Assembly (NCBI GenBank): GCA_965222375.1
Contig: CBDCTZ010000016.1
Coordinates: forward strand, 3,392,001-3,456,000
Length of the DNA stretch: 64,000 nt
Source of the DNA: Polyangiaceae bacterium
Lineage (GTDB): Bacteria; Myxococcota_A; Polyangia; Polyangiales; Polyangiaceae
Direction of reading: 5' to 3'
A model generated the notes under the pieces. It worked only from the letters and a program-made list of their open reading frames with translations. It ran no database searches and had not been told where the DNA came from. Every line of letters begins with the position of its first letter. Within the stretch, counting starts at the first letter, position 1. Of this stretch, positions 46,225 through 55,100 are shown piece by piece. Made by a program: the position numbers and the translations under genes.

Positions 46225-47163
46225 ATGAAACGCCCGATCCTTCGTTCCGCAGCGCTGAGCATCTTCGGCCTGGTCTTCGCGACGCCGGCACTGGCCTACG
46301 CTCAGGATCCTCCCGACGTTTCGCAGATTGTGAGCTTCGTGCGCTGGAGTGGCGTGGCGGTGTCCATTCTGGTGATCGCGGGTGCCACCATCACGCTCAG
46401 ATTCCTGTCTGGAATCGTCGTCCGGCTGAGCGAGCGGTTCACGAATCGTCGGCTTCTGTTCAGCAAGATCGAAAGTTTCACTCGCTTCTTTCTCTACTTC
46501 GCCACCGGCATCGTCGTGGTTGGGCTTTCCTTCCAGATCAATCAGACGGTGCTCACCCTCATTGGCGGCACCTTCGCGGTGGCGGTGGGTTTCGCGATGC
46601 GGGATTTGGTCGCGGCCATGATCGCCGGCGTGACCATCATGTTCGACCGCCCATTCCAGGTGGGTGACCGCGTGCAATATGCCGGCGAATATGGCGATAT
46701 CGTTGCCATAGGCTTGCGTTCCGTCCGAATGCAGACGCTGGACGACAACACGGTGACCATCCCCAACAACAAGATCCTCACGGACGTGACCAGCTGTGGG
46801 AACTACGGCGCCTTGGACATGCAGGTGTCCATCGTCTTCTTCATAGGAATCGATCAAAATATCGAGCTGGCCGAGCGTCTCATTACCGAAGGCATTCTGA
46901 GCAGCCGCTACGTCTTTCTGGAAAAGCCAGTCGTCGTCATCATGAAGCAGGTCATCAAGGACGACTATGTGGCCCTACAAATGGCTGGCAAAGCCTACGT
47001 TCTGGATACGAAGTACGAGAAACTCTTCGAAACGGACGTGACCAAGCGAGTTCTGACCGCTTTTCACACCCATGGCATCTTGCCGCCCGCTGTGCTGCAC
47101 CGCGCGGTCGACACGGCTGTATATGAGAAGCCGCACACCAAGAAGGCGAGAGCAGAGGCATGA
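46225..47163 (+). CDS. MscS-family mechanosensitive channel
   Basis: AVGFA.RD, RPFQVGDRV, IGLRS, IPNN. Confidence 0.88.
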   Translation: MKRPILRSAALSIFGLVFATPALAYAQDPPDVSQIVSFVRWSGVAVSILVIAGATITLRFLSGIVVRLSERFTNRRLLFSKIESFTRFFLYFATGIVVVGLSFQINQTVLTLIGGTFAVAVGFAMRDLVAAMIAGVTIMFDRPFQVGDRVQYAGEYGDIVAIGLRSVRMQTLDDNTVTIPNNKILTDVTSCGNYGALDMQVSIVFFIGIDQNIELAERLITEGILSSRYVFLEKPVVVIMKQVIKDDYVALQMAGKAYVLDTKYEKLFETDVTKRVLTAFHTHGILPPAVLHRAVDTAVYEKPHTKKARAEA

Positions 47164-47774
47164 GGGAGCTGGTCGTTGTTGTTCTGGGCACGCTGTTGCT
47201 GTCGGCTTGTGAGCAGAAGAAGGAAACCCCAAAGCCCCTGCTCATCGAACCAGCCACGACACCAGCCAAGTCGGCAGTAGCGGCGCTGCCCAGGCCGGCA
47301 ACCCACGGCGGTGCTCGCGCGTTGGGCGTTAGTTGGTCCGATGTTCCAGGGCTGACCAAGCTCAGTGGCAAGCGTCCGATGCGCGCCGCCAGCTATCAAG
47401 CGCCCGCCGCGGATGGCGACAAGGAGCCGGGGGACTTGGGCGTGTTCTACTTTGGTGCTGACGAGGGTGGTGGCGTCGAGAGCAACATGAAGCGCTGGGT
47501 TGGGCAGTTTCCGGGGACACCCAAAGAGCGGATACGTCGCAGCCAGCGGACGGAGAATGGTCTCTTGCAGCACATCGTCGAGGTGGACGGCGAAAAATTC
47601 ATGAGCGGCGTGCCTGGAGGCCCAAAGACGCCGAAGGACAAGTACGCGATGATCGCCTTCATCGTCGAAGCCCCCAGTGGTCTCTATTTCTTCAAGCTGA
47701 CCGGGCCCCAGGCCACGGTCGAAAAGGCCAAAGAGCCACTGTTTTCGATGATGAAGACCGTGCAGGTGAAGTAG
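47160..47774 (+). CDS. Hypothetical lipoprotein
   Basis: Lipobox LSAC; GGGVESNMKRWVGQF, FFKLTGP; ATGA overlap with the MscS gene. Confidence 0.72.
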   Translation: MRELVVVVLGTLLLSACEQKKETPKPLLIEPATTPAKSAVAALPRPATHGGARALGVSWSDVPGLTKLSGKRPMRAASYQAPAADGDKEPGDLGVFYFGADEGGGVESNMKRWVGQFPGTPKERIRRSQRTENGLLQHIVEVDGEKFMSGVPGGPKTPKDKYAMIAFIVEAPSGLYFFKLTGPQATVEKAKEPLFSMMKTVQVK

Positions 47775-47784
47775 CCGGCCCCCG

Positions 47785-48927
47785 CTACACCATTTGTTGG
47801 GGCTGCTTGGTGCCTTCCTTCTTGCGTGTGCGCAGGATCCGGATGCCGACATCGAAGCGGATGAACGCCAGCATCACGATGAGGATCAGGCCGACGCCGA
47901 AGCCGGCCAGGACTCGATTGGGCTCTGCCTTGATGAACACCGCACCTTCGCCAATGCGCGGGTGCTCCGCCGAGTCGGCCTTGAGTCCGTGGGACTTCGC
48001 GATCTTCGCGATGTTGCTCACGTGAACGACTGGCGTGCCTCGCTCCGCGAAGCGCAGCATCACGGAATCCAGAAGCCCTTCTCCGCGGGGAGGCTCCAGA
48101 TTGAGCCCGGGGCGGAACTGCTTCTTGCCAACGTGCGTGCCCACCGACGCGGAACCGCCTCCAACGTTGACGTACGCCTTGATCGAGCGGTTGCCTGCGC
48201 GAGCGTCATAGTGCGCCATGCGAAGTTCGATAGAATCCACGAGGGACTTGCCTTCGATCCGTTCGACATTGTTGCGCGCGATGGCCGCCTCGATCAGGGC
48301 TCGCCCTTCTTTGCTCATGCCCAGGCCGCGGTCGTCGATACCGCCCCGGGACGCCGCAGTGGAGCGGTACGAGAAGACCTTGTTTTCGAACAGGGTTCGC
48401 TCCATGTCGAGCCAGGTGTAGTTGGGGTCGTTCGCGCCCCACTCCGAGCCAGACACACTGGCAACCACGATGGCTTGGGCCTCGAGCACGTGCAGGGCGG
48501 CGAAGGTCGACACTGAGAGCGCGGGAAATGACCCCGAAAGGCCCACGGCAACCACATCGCCCCGCTCCACACCGGCGCGTTTCAAGAAGTGCAGGATGAC
48601 GGCCGCGAAGTTGGGGTTGGTGCTGGCACGCTTGGCGCTGATGTAGCCTGTGTTCGATGTGATTGGCGTGAGTGAGAAGCCAATCAAGCCGGTTTGGTGC
48701 GGATCTGCTTCGGGGTCGATGACCAAGCCGCGTTGGATGCGCTCGGCTTTGATTGTGCGCATCGCGTCGTGGGAGAGGCGCGCCGCGCGGATCTTCTCGG
48801 CCTGCCACGACTGCTTCCGAACCACGGGGAAGCGCTCGACGATGACGAGCGCGGCGATTGCCGCGAGTGCGATCATCGCGAGCGCGGAGCGGGAGATCCC
48901 GGGGGGACGCCAATAGACGCGCTTCAT
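47785..48927 (-). CDS. pgsW: Poly-gamma-glutamate system protein
   Basis: TGLIG..TPIT, AKR.STNPNFAA, SGSFP, WGAND; follows pgsC with an ATGA overlap. Confidence 0.82.
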   Translation of the reverse strand: MKRVYWRPPGISRSALAMIALAAIAALVIVERFPVVRKQSWQAEKIRAARLSHDAMRTIKAERIQRGLVIDPEADPHQTGLIGFSLTPITSNTGYISAKRASTNPNFAAVILHFLKRAGVERGDVVAVGLSGSFPALSVSTFAALHVLEAQAIVVASVSGSEWGANDPNYTWLDMERTLFENKVFSYRSTAASRGGIDDRGLGMSKEGRALIEAAIARNNVERIEGKSLVDSIELRMAHYDARAGNRSIKAYVNVGGGSASVGTHVGKKQFRPGLNLEPPRGEGLLDSVMLRFAERGTPVVHVSNIAKIAKSHGLKADSAEHPRIGEGAVFIKAEPNRVLAGFGVGLILIVMLAFIRFDVGIRILRTRKKEGTKQPQQMV

Positions 48928-49379
48928 CCCGAAAGCTCCGCGCCGACGACGACAATTAGGATCAGCCTGACCACCACGGACGCCGTGACCAACGCTGCTA
49001 GGGTTTCGACGATGCCCTGCCGGTCAAGCCAGATGGCGATCAGGCCTGGGATGATGAACCCGATGACCTGGATTTCGGCCCCACCGAAGCCCACGCTACC
49101 GGTCGTCCAGCGTAGGGCCATGCCTACGAGATAGCCGACGAGAATCATCAACACCGTCCGGCGGCGGCCATAGATGATGATGAAGGAGGACAGGGTGTGA
49201 ACAACCGCGAACGTCGCGAACCCAGCCAGCACCGTCAACAGCACATCGATGGGGCGGTTGAGGGATAGCGCCAAGTACCCCGGCACGATCATGCCACCCG
49301 CGGCGATGCCGAACATCTCCGTGAACAGTAGGCTGACAGCCAACCCGATACCCACGGATAAGGGGAGAAGCTCAATCAT
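48924..49379 (-). CDS. pgsC: Poly-gamma-glutamate synthesis membrane subunit (CapC)
   Basis: GGMIVPGY, YGRRR, IGFIIPGLIA. Confidence 0.92.
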   Translation of the reverse strand: MIELLPLSVGIGLAVSLLFTEMFGIAAGGMIVPGYLALSLNRPIDVLLTVLAGFATFAVVHTLSSFIIIYGRRRTVLMILVGYLVGMALRWTTGSVGFGGAEIQVIGFIIPGLIAIWLDRQGIVETLAALVTASVVVRLILIVVVGAELSG

Positions 49380-50568
49380 GATCCACCGGAACTGAGCGAT
49401 TACGAAAGTAGCGAGTCAGGGGCAATCCATCTCCGCCGATGTTGCCCAGACCCATGACCAACGCGGAACCATCTACCAGTGCGACGATTTGCTCGAAGAG
49501 CTCTTCGACGTCGATGTCTTCCGCGAAAACGAAGCGGCCCGAGTCCACGCCGACGCGAATGGCAGCCCGGGCGAAGAGATAGGTGCCGGTACCCATCAGC
49601 ACGTATTTGTCCGCGGGGGTCCAACTCGCGATCTCGGCGCCCAATCGAAGGCTCCGATCTGGCCGGTCCGCACGGCAGTTGAATACCGCGATCTTCGTTT
49701 TCACTCTCGGGTTGCGGGCCAGGGCTAGGTTCCAGAGCTGCTCGCTGGATATGGGGTCGTTTGCCGCGAAACCGTTGACGAAGACGATGTGACGACCAAA
49801 GAACGAAAGCTCGAAGGAAGTCAGCGCGCCTGGGTCCGGCTTGGTCTTGTACATGCCTTGGAGCGCGAGCTCCCGTTCGACACCCAAGTCTTCGCAGACG
49901 GAAAGGGCGAGCGCCACGTTGTCAGGGTGCTCCACGTAAGAGAAACGAGAAAGCTCCTCATCGCTGACTCGCGCGACTTCATCCCGATCGACCGTGACGA
50001 GGCTCGTGCCACGGTCTTCGGCGGCTTGCTTCAGGACCGGTAGCTGACGCTGCTCCGCCGTGAAGAGCTTTCCCTTCACGGGCACCATGCCGCAGAGCGC
50101 TCGTGCCACGTCGACTTCTCCTGGTCCCATCACGTCCAAGTGATCAGGGCGAGTATTGGTGATGACCCCGTGGGTCGCCCGAACCAGCTTCAGCTCGCTC
50201 AGGGAGATCAACTCTGGCGTCAAGGCCATACACTCAACGATGAGCGCTTCAGCGTCGTGAGCCGCGGCTGCCGCCACGATGCGCTTTTGCTCGATCACAT
50301 TGGCGCCCGAGGGGCGGAAGATCGGCAGCTCGCGGCCGTCGGGCAAGATGAAGCGGGCCAGCGTCCCGGTGGTTTTGGCGCAGGTCACCATGCCCGCCTC
50401 TCGCAGCGCCGATGCGATCAGTCGCGTGACGCTGGACTTTCCCCGAGTGCCACTGACGTGCACTCGGATGCGGACCGTATCGAGCTTCTTGCGGTGCGCC
50501 CATAGTTCAGCTGCACCCAGGACGAGCAAAAGGGCGGTGGCGACGATCAGCAGAGTGGTGCCAGACAT
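49372..50568 (-). CDS. pgsB: Poly-gamma-glutamate synthase (CapB)
   Basis: HV.GTRGKSSVTRL, AKTTG, ECMA, DHLDVMG, NGFAAND. Confidence 0.93.
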   Translation of the reverse strand: MSGTTLLIVATALLLVLGAAELWAHRKKLDTVRIRVHVSGTRGKSSVTRLIASALREAGMVTCAKTTGTLARFILPDGRELPIFRPSGANVIEQKRIVAAAAAHDAEALIVECMALTPELISLSELKLVRATHGVITNTRPDHLDVMGPGEVDVARALCGMVPVKGKLFTAEQRQLPVLKQAAEDRGTSLVTVDRDEVARVSDEELSRFSYVEHPDNVALALSVCEDLGVERELALQGMYKTKPDPGALTSFELSFFGRHIVFVNGFAANDPISSEQLWNLALARNPRVKTKIAVFNCRADRPDRSLRLGAEIASWTPADKYVLMGTGTYLFARAAIRVGVDSGRFVFAEDIDVEELFEQIVALVDGSALVMGLGNIGGDGLPLTRYFRNRSVPVDHD

Positions 50569-50657
50569 GGCGGGCGGCTCGGGTATACGCCGAGGCTCGC
50601 CCTGTCCGCAATTCGTAAGCGATTCCCGAACTCAGGACGCCAGTCTGAATCCGTCTG

Positions 50658-52049
50658 TCACCAGGGAAACCACTCTCTCGGCATCTTCTGCCACTCGGTT
50701 GGGCGCCTTGGATCTCCCTCGGGGATGACCAGGGAGCCCACGAAGTCTGCGTGCTCGTAGACGCCACCGATGCTCTTGGCGATTCCGTCCAAGTCCTTCT
50801 CGCTGACCACACCGTTGCTGGTGGCCTTGTAGAACTGCACAGTGATTCGAATCGGAAAGCGGTCATCGCGCACCAGCTTCAACCCGCCACCCTCTTCGAA
50901 GGGGCCTCGGTTTCTGCCGTGTCCCAGTACGGCTTGTTCGACATCACTGCGGGGCCGCGCAGACTTCTTGGCGGGTGCGGCGCCGGCGGAGGGCGCTGCC
51001 ATGTCGGCGGCCATCACCTCGCTGGCCGTGCCTTCGGCTAGGCCGCCCAGAAAGCCGCGCTGTTTGTGTTTCAAGGGGACCTGGATCAGGAACAGCGCGT
51101 CGGCGCCCCGAGCCAGAGCGCTCTTGTCGTCCTGGGTCTTGGGCCCGCCCTTGGCGGCGATCCGTTTCTTGACGTCGCTCTTGCGCTCCGCCGTGAAGGC
51201 TGCCCGCTGACCCTCGTTGTTGAAGTACAGCTCCTGTCCGGCGCCCCGGACGACGCTATCTTCAGGTCGATTCTCGATCACGGTCATGCTCGTGCCCTGG
51301 CGCGTAACCAAAATGGTCAGCACGGCTGGAGAGCCAGGCGCCGATTGGTAGTTGAAGATGACCGGGTTGAACTCTGCCTTTCCCTTCTTGGGAATCGGCA
51401 GAAACACTGCTTGGGCGCTGACCAGGAAGTGCGTATCTCGCTTGGCTAATAGGTTGCCACTGCCCTTGATGCTCCAGGGCTTCGCGGCGAACTTGCGCAG
51501 GTTCTTCAGAACGTCTGTGAGGGGAACGGTTTTCAGCTGCTTCTTGTTGCGATGGTTGCCCACGCGAATGAGGAACTTGTTGGCAGGTACATCTCCGGTT
51601 CGATCGCTGAAGTTCGGAAAGCGCAGTACCGGCATCAGCGCGGTGCGCTCGCCATCAGCACCCGGTTTGCGGTACCGGACCTGCAGCGTCAGGTCCGAGA
51701 TGTTGGGCCCCAGAGACGAGCCCTTTGCGCGCCCGGTATCCTCCCACATCACGTTGAGAACGTTCAGACCGCGCCGCTTCGCTCCGCGAACGACCTGCTG
51801 GTCTCCGGTCATGGCTACCACCTTGTCGACCACTTTGGAGTAGCTTGGATCGCCGATGATGCCCCACTCTCCGTCGTCGGGCATCGGGTTGTCGGCATCT
51901 GGATCGCCAGTGGCGATTTGATTCTCGGTTCCCGAGGCCGCCACCGGTGCTGCGGGCTTGCCACCGGGCGCGTTCGACTGGGGTTGCCCCGAGGCGCACG
52001 CCGCGAGGAGGGCCAAGGTCAAGCCGGTCAGTGAGCTGCGTTTGATCAT
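50658..52049 (-). CDS. Hypothetical lipoprotein (WEDTGR...GPNISD motif)
   Basis: Lipobox LAAC, strong RBS (AGGAG), 463-aa ORF. Confidence 0.8.
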   Translation of the reverse strand: MIKRSSLTGLTLALLAACASGQPQSNAPGGKPAAPVAASGTENQIATGDPDADNPMPDDGEWGIIGDPSYSKVVDKVVAMTGDQQVVRGAKRRGLNVLNVMWEDTGRAKGSSLGPNISDLTLQVRYRKPGADGERTALMPVLRFPNFSDRTGDVPANKFLIRVGNHRNKKQLKTVPLTDVLKNLRKFAAKPWSIKGSGNLLAKRDTHFLVSAQAVFLPIPKKGKAEFNPVIFNYQSAPGSPAVLTILVTRQGTSMTVIENRPEDSVVRGAGQELYFNNEGQRAAFTAERKSDVKKRIAAKGGPKTQDDKSALARGADALFLIQVPLKHKQRGFLGGLAEGTASEVMAADMAAPSAGAAPAKKSARPRSDVEQAVLGHGRNRGPFEEGGGLKLVRDDRFPIRITVQFYKATSNGVVSEKDLDGIAKSIGGVYEHADFVGSLVIPEGDPRRPTEWQKMPREWFPW

Positions 52050-52070
52050 CGTGTTCTCCTAGGATCTTGA

Positions 52071-52096
52071 TACGTCTCACAACCAAAAACGTTTTG
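52071..52096 (-). promoter_or_regulatory. Candidate ECF-sigma promoter
   Basis: Minus strand CAAAAC-N16-CGTA, about 20 nt upstream of the ATG at 52049. Confidence 0.45.
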
Positions 52097-52170
52097 TGTC
52101 GGGGGCTACTTACACCAACGCCGAGCACGCGAGGAGTCGCATGCTCGGCGCTGACCGCGACGCTCGAACT

Positions 52171-55100
52171 CTAGCGCCAACCGAAGTTGCGGACGGGCAC
52201 CAGGCGCGACTGCATTCGGATCTTCGCGACACCGATCGTCGTGCGGGTCCCGTCCAGCGTGAAGGGAATGATCTGGCGCTTCCCGGCGATGTTGACCGTG
52301 ACTTCTCCGCGCACCTGCGCGCCGGTGCCGCCACCGGCGCGTGCGATTTCGATCACATACTCGCCGGTCTTGGCGCCGCGAAGCGACAAGCCCTCACGCT
52401 GCCGACTCTGTACGTCAGTGGCGGTAATGACCGAGCGGGTCGGCGCTCCGAGCCACGAGACGCGATGCCCATCAGGATGGATGATCGCGAGGTCGAGGTC
52501 CGCATCGCCGCTCCATTTGGCTTCCACACGGAAGTCGCCGGACAGCTTGTCGCTACGCTTGTCAATCCGTGGGATGAGCCGCTCCGCGACGCGCTGCACG
52601 CGCCTTTCAGCACCCGAAAGCATGTCGTTGGCCATTCTGCTGAGTCCAGTCTGGCGGGCACAGCTGACCGCTTCTGCAAGGAGCTTGGCATCTCCACTTC
52701 GGATTTGGGCGATTGCCAAGGCGTGGCGACAGCCAACGTCGGGGCGACCCGCCCAACGATGCAGACGCGCCAGCCGCCGCTGGGCAGGCACATCGTCGGG
52801 CCGAACGTCCACAACACTACCGAGAATGCGAATGGCGAGTTCTCGGTCCCCAGTTCGCGATGCCAGATCTGCCCGAGCCGTCAACGCATCCGCGTCCAGG
52901 GGCTCCTTTTGGCTCCAGCGTTCCGCAGTCGTGAATGCCTTCTCCACGTCGCCTGCGAGCATCAGGAGCGAGTAGAGCTTCTTCACTGCAGCACGACGGT
53001 TGGGGTTCTGCTCCACGTCCCGCTCAGCGACGGCAATGACAGACGGAAGGGCGGTGGTGGGAATCGCGTTGCTACTGGCTTCGAAGCTGCCCTTGCGTTC
53101 CCAGATCCGGCGCATGGGGATCATGCGTCGACCACGAGGACGTCGCCAGGGACGTCGGTTACTGCTACGCCGATCCAGTTCGAAGGCACTGCTGTCTCGA
53201 GGTTTGGACTTGGCTTCCTTCTTGGACTTCTCCGCGAAGACGGGCTCCTCTGCTGGAGTCGCCGCCGCTGGCGGGCGCGGCGTCGGCGCTGGCTTCTTCA
53301 TGGGCCGGCTGAAGCCGCCGGGCTTGCTGTCCGATGCGGCCGATTGGCCTAGCCCGAAGCCGCTGTCGCCAAAGTCGTCTCGAGTGGACAGCGTTACTGG
53401 GCCGCGAGCCCTCTTGCCACCGCCCCGGGGCGCCAAATCGCCTACCGGATCTTCTTGATCCTCCAGCTCATCGAGGCCCGTAGCCACGGAGCCTTCCGCC
53501 GCCTCCTCGCCAGTCCATTGGTGGCTGGTGCGGGTGTTGTCTAGACCGAAAGCGCGGAACATGGCCTTGCTCTCCAGCACCAGAAGTGAGGTGTAGCGGC
53601 TCGCCACGTCGAACTCGCTGGAGAGCTTGATGGCCTCCTTCTTCGCCTCAGCAACAGTCTCGCGCTCCAAGTCGGCGATGCGTGTTGCGGCGAACAGCCG
53701 CGGAACGAAAGCATTACCCTTGGCGGTGCTTGCAAGCAGGCGGATGGGGTAGCGTTGTTCGAAGCGCTCCTTGCCGACCCGGCCCCGAAGAACCACGGTT
53801 CCGTCGAGTTCGTTCGCCTTCATTCGCGCCACCACTAGCTGCTCGCCGCCGGCGACGATGGTGTCGAGGCGTTTGGGTGCCACGGCGGTGAGAGCGGCAG
53901 GTAGCTCCACCGTAACGTCTTGCAGGGTGGTCCCGTAGGACGCGCCGAGCACGGCGAACGCGACTTCCGCGGTCGTCTGGCCGGGCACGTAGGGCAACAC
54001 CACGCCGCCGCCACCACGGGATAGGGCGCTGAGGGAATCCAAGTCCGAGTCCGCGCCAATGGCGACTGCCGTGACCGTACCGGAACCTGGCGGTACTGCG
54101 TCTTGTACGGCGCGCGTCACGTAAGCCGGTCGGATTGGACCCACCGTCGGCGTTCCGTCGCCGATGTATACGATGCGCACTGAGCCCTCTCCGCCCTGCG
54201 CAGCTCTACGAGCCGCAGCAAGTGCAGCGGTCGGGTCCGAGGCGCCCTCAGGGCTCGAACCCTCGAGGAAGCGTCTTGCTTCCAAGGCGGCTTGGGAGCT
54301 TGGCACGCGGGGGCCGCCGGTCATCGTGCGGCAAGAGGTATCGCAAGCGAGAACCGTGAATCGGTCGCCGCGGTCGAGTTCGCGCACAGTCTTTTCTGCC
54401 ACGGCAATCGCGCGACGATAGCTCTCGCCGTACATCGAGCGGCTGGCGTCTACGACGATGGCGAAGGTGCGCTTCACGTTCTCTCGGGCGCGCGGCAGCT
54501 TCGGTCGCAACGCCAACGCAACGTAGGCGTCCGAAGGGTCCGTCGCCTCTGCCGCTTCGAGGGCGGCCTTGGACTTGTCCGCGGTTTTGGCGAGCGCCGG
54601 AGCCTTGCCCGACACGGGTTTCGCCTGGGCTTTGACGCTCGGGCGGTACGCCCACGCGGAAAGTTCGGCGTCCCTGTTTGGTAGCGCAAGCTCCAGGGTC
54701 AAGTCGCCACTGGGTACGAAGTTCGTCGCTTTCATGTCCAGGCGCTGGGCCTTGCCCGACTTCGAGGAAGCCAGCTCGTAGCCGCTGCTCTTGACCCCAA
54801 AGCCCTGGTCGTGGCCCCGAACTTCCGCGTCTACGCTAAAGCGTTCGACCTTCGTCGAACCACTCGGGTCGTGGGGTAGGGGATAGCTGTAGCGGCGTAC
54901 GCCACCCGTGGGCTTGAGCATTTGGGTGTACGCGAGCACCACGCGCCGCGAGCCGCGCTTTGGGATCGGATAGATGCGCAGCTCGAAACGGCCGCCGCGC
55001 TGCCACTCGAGCAGGGCCGGGTCTTTCCACGGGCCGGGTACCCAGACAATCTCTTCACGGATCTGCCGACGCAGCTTGGGAGCCGCGTTCACGATGGCTC

